Source of the DNA: a virus | Lineage: Duplodnaviria; Caudoviricetes | DNA: 54,688 nucleotides | Strand: one strand, 5' to 3' | IMG/VR virus record: IMGVR_UViG_3300050132_000403 | Location: 1 to 54,688 of that record | In this document: positions 46,308 to 54,688 of the stretch, in pieces | Layout: every line of letters begins with the position of its first letter | How positions within the stretch are numbered: position 1 is the stretch's first letter | Made by a program: the position numbers and the translations under genes | Notes under the pieces: model-generated | Database searches by the model: none | Told to the model about the DNA's origin: nothing | The model's input: the letters and a program-made list of their open reading frames with translations, nothing else

Positions 46308-47483
46308 ATGAAAAAACAGATACTTAAAACCTTTAAAGTCCAGCTTTTACCAACTGACCCTCAGAAAATACTTCTTGAGAAACATTTTGGATGTACAAGA
46401 TTTGTTTATAATTATTTTTTGAATGAAAGAAATCAGAATTATCTAAAAAATAAAGAACAATCAGATTATTATGGTGATTGTTTAAAACTTACACAATTAA
46501 AAAAACAAGAAGAATTTAAATGGTTAAAGGAAACTAATGCACAATCTTTACAGTGTTCCTTAACTAACTTAGATCTTTCTTTTAATAGGTTTTTTAAAAA
46601 GAAAAGTAATTTCCCAAACTTTAAATCAAAATTTAATAGAAAATCATTTGAAATACCCCAAGATATTAAACTTGAAAATAATAAACTTTCTATCCCTAAA
46701 TTTAGAGAAGGAATAAAAATAAATTTACATAGAGAAATTGAAGGTACGATAAAACACTGTACAATTTCTAAAACTCCAACTAGTAAATATTTTGTTTCTA
46801 TACTTTGTGAAACTGAACATGAAATACTATCTCAAAGCCAAAAATCAATTGGACTTGATCTTGGTATCAAAACTTTTGTTGTTACCTCAGACGGTCAAGA
46901 ATTTGAGAATATTAGAACAACTAAAAAATATTCAGTTAAGTTAAAAAAATCACAACAACATTTATCTAAAAAAATTAAAGGAAGTAATCGTTATAATAAA
47001 CAAAAACTAAAAGTTGCAAGAATATATGAAAAAATAGTAAACACAAGATTAGATAACATTCACAAAGTTACAACTCAACTCATTAAAGAAAACCAATTTA
47101 TTTCAGTTGAAGATCTAAATGTTAAAAGTATGATTAAAAATAAAAATTTGTCAAAACACATTTCTGATGTAAGTTGGTCAAAATTTTTAGAAATACTTAC
47201 TTATAAAGCCGATTGGAATAACCGTATTCTTGTTAAAGTTGATAGGTTTTATCCATCTTCTAAAACTTGTAATGAATGTGGATATATCCACAAAAATTTA
47301 TCTCTATCTGAAAGAACTTGGACTTGTAAAAACGGTCATGTTTTAAACAGAGATATAAATGCTGCAAAAAATATACTCAGTGAAGGAGTAAGACAATATT
47401 CGGAAGGTACATCCGAAAACACTAATGGAGAAACGAAACGTTGTAAAACAAAGGTAGTTTCTGCGAAGTTAGTAGAGGTTTAA
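46308..47483 (+). CDS. tnpB: TnpB RNA-guided endonuclease (solo, opposite strand)
   Basis: FGCTRFVYNYFL; GLDLGIK; ISVEDL; PSSKTCNECG; RDINAAKNI. Confidence 0.93.
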   Translation: MKKQILKTFKVQLLPTDPQKILLEKHFGCTRFVYNYFLNERNQNYLKNKEQSDYYGDCLKLTQLKKQEEFKWLKETNAQSLQCSLTNLDLSFNRFFKKKSNFPNFKSKFNRKSFEIPQDIKLENNKLSIPKFREGIKINLHREIEGTIKHCTISKTPTSKYFVSILCETEHEILSQSQKSIGLDLGIKTFVVTSDGQEFENIRTTKKYSVKLKKSQQHLSKKIKGSNRYNKQKLKVARIYEKIVNTRLDNIHKVTTQLIKENQFISVEDLNVKSMIKNKNLSKHISDVSWSKFLEILTYKADWNNRILVKVDRFYPSSKTCNECGYIHKNLSLSERTWTCKNGHVLNRDINAAKNILSEGVRQYSEGTSENTNGETKRCKTKVVSAKLVEV

Positions 47484-47500
47484 AACTTATGTACAAAATT
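47385..47500 (+). ncRNA. Putative omega-RNA scaffold overlapping the tnpB 3' end
   Basis: TTCGGA-AGGTACA-TCCGAA hairpin and CTAATGGAGAAAC...GTTTCTGCGAAGTTAG pairing. Boundaries are approximate. Confidence 0.45.
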
Positions 47501-47766
47501 TAGGATGTAATCTGGTCCCAGTCACCAATAGTATTCAGAGAACTTTTTTGCCCAAATTTTTTGAAATAATATAATCTTGAGTTTTTTGGGACTTGTTTAA
47601 GATCTAAATATGTTAGTAAATCATAAACAGGTTGAGGTCTTACTGGTATAATTGTCTCTTCCTGTTTAATTATTTCTTCTACTTTTTTTATTTCTTTAAT
47701 TGGTAACTTTTTTACCTCTTCGACTACATCAGACTTAATCTGTTCATCTGTTTTTATCTCTTCCAT
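47500..47766 (-). CDS. Hypothetical protein upstream of the sheath
   Basis: 88-aa ORF. Confidence 0.6.
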   Translation of the reverse strand: MEEIKTDEQIKSDVVEEVKKLPIKEIKKVEEIIKQEETIIPVRPQPVYDLLTYLDLKQVPKNSRLYYFKKFGQKSSLNTIGDWDQITS

Positions 47767-47781
47767 CTTTTTATATAATTT

Positions 47782-48486
47782 TTACCCTACTAATCTCATT
47801 GGAGATATGTAATGATTGATATTTCCTGTGTTTATAGTAAGTATACCGTTATCTGCAATATCTTCAATCCTACCCTCCTTACGCCGACCATCTGTCAAAA
47901 ATTGTACTAATGAACCAACTGTATAACCAGTTACCCGTCCCATTGTATCAGTTTGGAGATTTAATTTATAAGGACTTATTGCTTCATCTTCTAATTCGTC
48001 TTCATCAGGGTCATCTACAATTATTTCGGGTAGATCATCATCAAGAATCTCCTCATCAATAACTTCATCTAAATCATCATCATTTGTAAAGGTCCTTATA
48101 TTTTCTGGAACTTCTTCTTCCTCTTCAATTGGTTCAATTGGTACTTCATTTTGTGTATTACTAAAATAAGTTTGGACATGAGAGTCTGAACCAATAGTTG
48201 GATGGTTAATTAGAACAGGTGTATAGTTTTCTCTAAAATCTTCATGTTTTAATTTTCCGTTTGCAACTTTATTTCCTTCTTTATCATGTACATGGAAATA
48301 AACTTTTTCAGGAGTTACGGTATGTACGTGTGCTTCGTGTCCATCAGATTTTGCTCTGTGTACATCTTTCAACAAAGTCCAGCCATTAGAACCTGGTGCT
48401 GTTTTTTTGTATTTCCCGTTTGCGTGAATACGTATTTCACCTATTTCTGCACGGTGTCCTCTGCCTTTTTTAAGAATATTCTCCAT
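47782..48486 (-). CDS. Hypothetical acidic protein (possible head-packaged protein)
   Basis: MENILKKG..AEIGEIR....KYKKT...GW N-terminus; D/E-rich linker. Confidence 0.6.
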   Translation of the reverse strand: MENILKKGRGHRAEIGEIRIHANGKYKKTAPGSNGWTLLKDVHRAKSDGHEAHVHTVTPEKVYFHVHDKEGNKVANGKLKHEDFRENYTPVLINHPTIGSDSHVQTYFSNTQNEVPIEPIEEEEEVPENIRTFTNDDDLDEVIDEEILDDDLPEIIVDDPDEDELEDEAISPYKLNLQTDTMGRVTGYTVGSLVQFLTDGRRKEGRIEDIADNGILTINTGNINHYISPMRLVG

Positions 48487-48506
48487 ATTTAATTTTTTAT
48501 ATAATT

Positions 48507-49211
48507 TTATAAGTGATATAAGCCTAATGCCTCTCCATACCCTGAAACTATTGGTGGATCAGCTTTTGGTGTTCCGATTGCAATTATATCCGTAATTATA
48601 GGATATTTATAAAGAGCCATTGAAGAGGTATCATAAAAGAATGATAAATTTATTCCTCTAAAATAACTATTTGGAGACAATTGCCCATTTTGGCCTATAT
48701 CATTCCCACTTAACTGCAAATTTTGTAGTCCAAGGAATTCAAGTTGTGCAGTTAATGATATTAAAAATGCCCTCAATACGTGGTAAATTATTACTACTTC
48801 ATTTGAATTATCAGAAGTAATTACAATTTGGTAGTTAGGTTGGTAACGGCGAGTATAAACAGATTGGTAAGTACCTTCATTAAGTATATTTGGATGAAAC
48901 CCTTCTGCATTTCCTATTGAATTTTGACCAGAAGATTCTGAGGGTAGTGAAATATAAATAGATGGAACAGAATTTAATTCCATATTATAAATAAGATTTG
49001 TATTTATTTCCCTTGGACCTGTTTGTGCAGTTATAAAAATTGCAACTGCCTGGTCAAAAGATACATATTTATCAACTTGAAGCCCACCGATTAATTGGTA
49101 AAGTACTGACTGAGTTTTATCAGAAACTCCGTTATAATCTGACGCTATAAATTTAAGTATTATCCGTACTGTAGATAGTAATATATATTCCGGTATCTTA
49201 ACTAAACTCAT
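48507..49211 (-). CDS. Neck/tail-completion-like structural protein
   Basis: Position upstream of the sheath; PSIYISLPSES, YQIVITSDN. Confidence 0.55.
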   Translation of the reverse strand: MSLVKIPEYILLSTVRIILKFIASDYNGVSDKTQSVLYQLIGGLQVDKYVSFDQAVAIFITAQTGPREINTNLIYNMELNSVPSIYISLPSESSGQNSIGNAEGFHPNILNEGTYQSVYTRRYQPNYQIVITSDNSNEVVIIYHVLRAFLISLTAQLEFLGLQNLQLSGNDIGQNGQLSPNSYFRGINLSFFYDTSSMALYKYPIITDIIAIGTPKADPPIVSGYGEALGLYHL

Positions 49212-49978
49212 AATCCTAACTGGTCAAGTTGTTCATCAATAAGATTTCCTGCAATTTTATCAATCTGGAAATTCTGTAACGTTTTGCCCATAAAATCATG
49301 TGCCTGAAAACCTGGATGAATAAAAGCATTTGGATTTGATTTTTCTGATATTCTTCTAAATGTATGGTAACTATTTTGATTGGTCACAGTATCAGTTGTT
49401 TTAGTTAAACCTTGGTAAATTGGTGATTTGTGTACATATTTTTCAAATAAAGTATCACCGCTTTCTATTTTTTCTCTTGATTTTAACTGCTGGTAATCTT
49501 TTGGTAAATCATTAAATGATAAAGATTGTTTTGACTGCATTTTTTTTGCAACTGCATAAACATCTTCAGGCATAGTTCCAGAAAATGCAGTACTATCACC
49601 AATTGTACCAGGAACTCCTTGACGGAATGGAACTGTTATATAACGTGTACCATTCTTTGATACTTTTGCTTTTGGCGAAGAAAGTAAGGAAGATTTCATA
49701 TCAAAAGGCGCACTACCCTCCTCCAATTTTTCAACCAATTTATTAGAATAATCAATCATCACTTGCCCCATTAGTCTTCCTGTATCTATAACTTTTATTG
49801 AGTTACAAAAAATTTGACGAGTAGAATGTAAAGAATTTTGTACCGTTACTTCAAGTGTCTGTGCATAACGAGCAGTTATACCTTTCACTACATTATCAAG
49901 CATAGTATCAACTTGGTCCCTTGAAAGAGAGTATTGTTGGACTAATGGTGATACATTAATAGTAAAGGGTACAAGCAT
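49208..49978 (-). CDS. Neck/head-tail joining protein
   Basis: LEEGSAPFDMK...YITVPFR...TFRRISEKSNPNAFIHPG. Confidence 0.6.
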   Translation of the reverse strand: MLVPFTINVSPLVQQYSLSRDQVDTMLDNVVKGITARYAQTLEVTVQNSLHSTRQIFCNSIKVIDTGRLMGQVMIDYSNKLVEKLEEGSAPFDMKSSLLSSPKAKVSKNGTRYITVPFRQGVPGTIGDSTAFSGTMPEDVYAVAKKMQSKQSLSFNDLPKDYQQLKSREKIESGDTLFEKYVHKSPIYQGLTKTTDTVTNQNSYHTFRRISEKSNPNAFIHPGFQAHDFMGKTLQNFQIDKIAGNLIDEQLDQLGL

Positions 49979-50206
49979 GGTATAAATGTAATAAGTTATT
50001 TTAAATTAAAAAGTATTTATATTTATATTTATAGTTTGTTATTCTACTTTTATTCTGGAATCCAAATCCTTTATTTTTTCGGAAACTTCCATCACCTTAC
50101 TATTTTAATCAACTTTTTACCGCTAACCACAAACAAGTGCTTTCCCGACATGGCCACATTGCAACCTGAACAAATAAGTAGGATATGGATTAATTTATTT
50201 TTCATT

Positions 50207-53200
50207 TTAATTAGTTACAAAAACATTCAATGTGCTATTATCGGCTGTGTTTATCGTACCTGCTGCTACATCTGCTGTAATCGTTACTGTTCCGCTTGTA
50301 CATACAGCGTTATATTCTACTGTTAATGATGATCCCGATGGCGTTACTCTTGTTACATAAGCTTTACTTGTTGCTGTCATACCGGCTACTGCCCATGCAA
50401 TGGTTCCAGATCCTAACGTTACCTGGTCACTTGCTAAAATATTTATAGATCTGTTACTACTAATAACTATCGTACCAGTTATGTCCGGTGCTGATAGAGT
50501 ACGATTAGCCGTTAAAGTTCCTGCTGCAAGTGTTGATCCATACGTATTTGCAGAATTATTAAAAACAATCCCATTTCCAGATGCTACGGTTTGCGACAAA
50601 CCCCACGTATTAGCCCCCGCTAAATAAGCTAATGTACCTGCCCCTGCCGGATAGGTAGGAGTACTATTTGCCGTTAAGGTGTTATTTAGCGTAAATGCGC
50701 CTGTTTGTTGAAGTGTTGCTCCATTCGCTATCGTTAAAGTAGCCGATGTTGCAGGGGCGGTTATAGCAACCTTATTAATACTTGTTGCTGTAGCCACTCC
50801 AATAGTCGGAGTTGTTAAAGAAATGGAACTTGCTATATCGGCTGTTTGTATTAAGGAACTTGAAATTAATCCTGTAGTAACTGCATTGTGCAATATTCCG
50901 GCGGTAGCATACCCATTAAGCGATACCGTCTGATTGTTAAAAATAGTTAGTGCGCTTGTGGTAGTACTTGCTCCGTTTACCTTCGTAAAGAAGTCAAGCT
51001 GACCACCTAAGTTAGTTGAGGTTGTGCCAACTGCTGATATTGCCATGCCTGCCATATAGGTATAAGCCGGTGTTGAACCTGTATATGCCCATCCGCTGAA
51101 ACCACCTGCATAGTCACCCGTATTGTTTATAAGTGGACTTGTGCCTGTGCCCCTTGATGTAGAAGACGTAAACCCCGGGAATACAGTAGCATTTGTTACT
51201 GCACCTATTGCCGATTGTGGCTCGTACATATCAACCTCCCCGTATCCGCTTATAGTATTTGTCCCGGTCATATCCCCCCCTGTATTCATGTGTAAGATAT
51301 GTGCTGTGGCGTCATAATAAAAGTTGCTGTTATCCTGTGAAAGTAAACCTGCTGTACCCGCATATAATACCGAATGTGCCGTCATACCCGTTGCAGTAAT
51401 ACTGGCTGCTGAAAATGCACCTGATGAACTTAAAGAGGCTAAGGAAGTATTGGCTATACCCCCATTATACCACGCAAAACCATCTGATGTACCTACACTA
51501 AACCTACCTAATCCAGACGTGTAATCTATCAATATTCCATCGGTATAGCTTCCTGTATATGTTCCTGTACTCATTAACCCGGCAGATACAACAAGCGATG
51601 TACCTGTTGCTGCTGCTATAGCGGGTGTCCCTGTAAAAGTTGGTGAGGCTGTGAGTGCATAATAAGTAGCTGAAATACTGCCAATAACTCCACTGTGATT
51701 AACAAGTATAGCATCCGTTCCTGCCGTGCCCGTGGCGAAAGAACCAATAGCTACACTGCCTCCCAAATTGGTATTCCCTGTCCTAACGTGTAATGCCCAC
51801 GGGTTAGTAATAGTAACATTTGTTGATGCGTTTGGTGGGCCGTCAATAGAAACAGTACTCGAATTAGTGTAAGTAGTCGCATTCGAGGCTACTAAAACTG
51901 GTATGGCAAAACTGTTAAATGAGGCACTCGCAACAGTACCTGAACTTGAATTATCGGTTACGTTTGAGTTACCTACGTTAAATAGGGTGCCTGTTGTTCC
52001 CCATGCAGCCACGCTTTTTGTAACTGCTTTAATAGATGTTCCACCAAAAGCGGAAGATGTAAACCAATCTACCCCGCCGTCTAATCCATTTATATTAAAA
52101 CGAACATACGCGGAGGTACTATTTGATGTACCTAATACCACATCTCCCGGATGTGTTGCATTTGCAGCAGCATATAAATTAATAGCTGCACCATTAGCGG
52201 CGCTTCCATTTCCTGCCTGTATTATTACTTTACCTGTCCCTGTATTTGTTTCGGTTGTATTTATATATTGCGTTGCACCAGTTGCACCAAGCGTTAACCT
52301 GTCTGACGTTAAAAAACCCGTTGTCGTTAAGTTATAAGAACCGAGCGATACGTTTGCATTGGCTATTATTGGCAGATATGTTGATGCTGCTGTGATTGTT
52401 GGCAGATAAGTGTTTGCATCGTATGATATAACCCCACTTGCCGATTTCACAAAGCCTGTCCCGGTTATAGCCGCCTGATAATCCGTACCGACAACCGCTG
52501 CCGTTAATGTCCCCGAAACAGCCTTTAATAGCCCACTCGCTACAGATTGCGTAATGCTTCCGTTCATGTTCAGATTTCCGCTTCTATCTATATATCCTAC
52601 CGAGTTTGAATTATTTATACCGTCGTTACCGAACCAGATATTACTGCCAGCAGTGTTGCTTGTTGCTAACCAAAGATCGCCGGGATGTGTTGCATTAGAT
52701 GCAGCGTATAGGTTAACCGATGCTCCTGCAGTTGAACTCCCGATACCAGCCGATATAGCTATGCGCCCAACACCACCCGATCCTTGGGGTGTTAGAATAT
52801 TGTAACTTATTTGCGTGCTACCCGTAAATGTGAACGATGATCCGGATATTGCCCTCCCTGTAAAATCTCCACTATTTAGCGTTCCGCTTATGACTGTATT
52901 TCCAGTCCTGCCAACCGAAAAAATAGAGCCTGTATCATCTGTACCGAAACCGCCGATATTAAATTTAGCTCCTGTATAATTACTTATATTCACCCAAAAA
53001 TCGCCGGGATGCGTTGCATTGCTATTTGGATAAAGCGATATACTGGCACCCCCGGTACTTGTATTAATGCCCGGTTGTATTTTATACGGGTAAGTTCCTG
53101 GGTTGGTGGTATAAATAAGACCTGCTGAATATGTATTATCAAGTTGTATGTTATTATTCGCAAAAATATCTCCTGATGAACTGATTCCGGCAAAGTTCCC

Positions 53201-54559
53201 AGTTGGTTGCGGGGCTAATGAAATGGGTTCTGTCAAATACCTGAATCCTACATCTGCCTGTGATGTAGTAACCTGATAGCAATAAACCATAGCAATAGCG
53301 TTGTTACCAATATTAACCAGTCCTGTATAAACCTCTACTATGCCCGATTGTGTTTGCGTTAATGCGGGTAATGGGGAAATTGTAGCACCATAATCATTTG
53401 AGTAACTTGTTAATGTTTGGCTACTGAATAACCCGGACGTACTTGCGCCCCGGTATGAGAAGATAACCTTCGTCCTGTTAAGTGCCATCTTCGCCCTACT
53501 ACGGGATGCGAATTTATCCACTGTAGAAGTCCAAGTACTACCATTGTCTGTACTTGTTTCAATAGCTGTTTGAGAATTAGTCATATCTCTTATTGTCGCC
53601 AAAATATTACCATTAGGCAGCACGAGTAAATTAGGCTCTGCGTATGCGGATGATGGCGATGGCGTAGTCAAGTTACTTAATAACGTCCATCCGGAATATC
53701 CATTTGAAGACGTCCAAACATCCGTCGACATATTTGACCCGCTTTGTCCATATGTCGGGAACAACCAGGAGCCGTTTGGTGCGTGTACTACCTTACCTGA
53801 ACAGGCTCCCCATGAAGAATAGCCCGCACTTGATGGGGATGTTAATACATTACCCAAACTATCTATTTTAACCGTATTGGCGACATCGGTTGTGCTTACT
53901 CCACCGGTTGATGTGAAATACGATAGTATAAAATACCCGCCTCCTAATTTAGTTATAGATGGATCGCGATAATCTACAGCACCGGTGGAAAATATAGTTA
54001 TTTCGCTTCCAAATGTTCTACCGGTGTCTAAAGAAACGCGCATAATTATTTTACCATCGACCGATGCGTGTTGTGTTCCTTTTCTATAAACAATGTAGAT
54101 CTTACCATTGCTAAACTCATTATCGGGGAATGCGTTGTAATATCCATCGCTGGTGACAACTACATTTGGAGTTTCTCCTAATGTTAGATATATCCCCGAC
54201 CTCGAAATCAAACTATCTTTTAAAGCGGTATGGGATACGAAGCCTGATGCAAGTGTACTGTCGGATTTTAGTTTGTACAATCCACTTGCTGTACCAGTAT
54301 GCAGGTAGGTTGACAGGAGTGAAGAGGTATCAGTATACTTAACTTTACTGTTTAATTTTTGTTGAATTTGAGTCCCACTATAAAACCATTGGTAACCATA
54401 AGTTCCAAAATTAAACCAAAGTTGTCTATTCGCTGTGTCTGTAGGGTACAGTAGTCTAAAAGTTGGAGTGGTTGAAATAGTACCATTAGGAAGGATTATA
54501 GTATTTTGTGCTTTTAATAAAAAGGGTATAAAAAGTAATAGCGTAAATAGTCTTTTCAT
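50207..54559 (-). CDS. 1450-aa protein: signal peptide, BNR/Asp-box sialidase-like propeller, long fibre/adhesin-like region
   Basis: MKRLFTLLLFIPFLLKA|Q; Asp-boxes SLDTGRTF, STDNGSTW, SNDYGATI; three LY...NATHPGD repeats; Thr/Ser/Gly/Ala-rich. Confidence 0.7.
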   Translation of the reverse strand: MKRLFTLLLFIPFLLKAQNTIILPNGTISTTPTFRLLYPTDTANRQLWFNFGTYGYQWFYSGTQIQQKLNSKVKYTDTSSLLSTYLHTGTASGLYKLKSDSTLASGFVSHTALKDSLISRSGIYLTLGETPNVVVTSDGYYNAFPDNEFSNGKIYIVYRKGTQHASVDGKIIMRVSLDTGRTFGSEITIFSTGAVDYRDPSITKLGGGYFILSYFTSTGGVSTTDVANTVKIDSLGNVLTSPSSAGYSSWGACSGKVVHAPNGSWLFPTYGQSGSNMSTDVWTSSNGYSGWTLLSNLTTPSPSSAYAEPNLLVLPNGNILATIRDMTNSQTAIETSTDNGSTWTSTVDKFASRSRAKMALNRTKVIFSYRGASTSGLFSSQTLTSYSNDYGATISPLPALTQTQSGIVEVYTGLVNIGNNAIAMVYCYQVTTSQADVGFRYLTEPISLAPQPTGNFAGISSSGDIFANNNIQLDNTYSAGLIYTTNPGTYPYKIQPGINTSTGGASISLYPNSNATHPGDFWVNISNYTGAKFNIGGFGTDDTGSIFSVGRTGNTVISGTLNSGDFTGRAISGSSFTFTGSTQISYNILTPQGSGGVGRIAISAGIGSSTAGASVNLYAASNATHPGDLWLATSNTAGSNIWFGNDGINNSNSVGYIDRSGNLNMNGSITQSVASGLLKAVSGTLTAAVVGTDYQAAITGTGFVKSASGVISYDANTYLPTITAASTYLPIIANANVSLGSYNLTTTGFLTSDRLTLGATGATQYINTTETNTGTGKVIIQAGNGSAANGAAINLYAAANATHPGDVVLGTSNSTSAYVRFNINGLDGGVDWFTSSAFGGTSIKAVTKSVAAWGTTGTLFNVGNSNVTDNSSSGTVASASFNSFAIPVLVASNATTYTNSSTVSIDGPPNASTNVTITNPWALHVRTGNTNLGGSVAIGSFATGTAGTDAILVNHSGVIGSISATYYALTASPTFTGTPAIAAATGTSLVVSAGLMSTGTYTGSYTDGILIDYTSGLGRFSVGTSDGFAWYNGGIANTSLASLSSSGAFSAASITATGMTAHSVLYAGTAGLLSQDNSNFYYDATAHILHMNTGGDMTGTNTISGYGEVDMYEPQSAIGAVTNATVFPGFTSSTSRGTGTSPLINNTGDYAGGFSGWAYTGSTPAYTYMAGMAISAVGTTSTNLGGQLDFFTKVNGASTTTSALTIFNNQTVSLNGYATAGILHNAVTTGLISSSLIQTADIASSISLTTPTIGVATATSINKVAITAPATSATLTIANGATLQQTGAFTLNNTLTANSTPTYPAGAGTLAYLAGANTWGLSQTVASGNGIVFNNSANTYGSTLAAGTLTANRTLSAPDITGTIVISSNRSINILASDQVTLGSGTIAWAVAGMTATSKAYVTRVTPSGSSLTVEYNAVCTSGTVTITADVAAGTINTADNSTLNVFVTN

Positions 54560-54574
54560 TTGTTTATAATTTTT

Positions 54575-54688
54575 TTAGTTTTTTATTAATATTATTCTTA
54601 TGTTATCTAATAGATTTCCTGAACCATCAAGATCTACATTTACAATTATTGTATTAAGAAGTGTATCCCCTACTCCTGAGTAAATTTT
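54575..54688 (-). CDS. 3' end of an upstream gene (partial)
   Basis: Open frame KIYSGVGDTLLNTIIVNVDLDGSGNLLDNIRIILIKN*. Confidence 0.5.
   Translation of the reverse strand, partial: KIYSGVGDTLLNTIIVNVDLDGSGNLLDNIRIILIKN

Noticed and set aside
50030-50205. Tiny ORFs MKNKLIHILLICSGC... (37 aa) and MEVSEKIK... (20 aa)
   Set aside because: Too short to support; possibly remnants of a deleted gene.
112-53193. Short plus-strand and nested ORFs in the track (all except tnpB at 46308)
   Set aside because: They are antisense or alternate-frame shadows of well-supported genes and carry no motifs.
1-54688. CRISPR arrays, tRNA or rRNA genes, integrase or tnpA
   Set aside because: I saw no repeat-spacer periodicity, cloverleaf or matching ORF. 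Intergenic gaps are short and explained by promoters and terminators.

Overview
An AT-rich segment of a large contractile-tailed phage. The host is probably a Bacteroidota: leaders are A-rich with few Shine-Dalgarno sequences, TTG/GTG starts are common, and the promoters resemble TAnnTTTG. Almost all real genes are on the minus strand. The left half holds a 7-deazaguanine DNA-modification cluster (TGT/DpdA-like, folE, queE, queD, MazG-like, P-loop kinase), a class II ribonucleotide reductase fractured by a naturally split intein with a free-standing endonuclease between the halves, a split DNA polymerase III alpha, dNMP kinase, primase and helicase. The right half is a baseplate/tail/neck module carrying an HNH endonuclease, two solo tnpB genes, a glycosyltransferase next to a poly-Thr virion protein, paralogues sharing an N-terminal leader, and a GC-richer 1450-aa BNR/fibre protein with a signal peptide. 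The most striking feature is in dnaE: the catalytic PDIDxDF motif is interrupted by a 27-nt in-frame insert (UGA stop plus a C(UUCG)G hairpin), directly behind a perfect 16-bp stem. This looks like a programmed translational bypass or RNA-excision element. The same polymerase is also split at a catalytically dead intein-like remnant. All functional calls come from motif recognition by eye; no searches were run.
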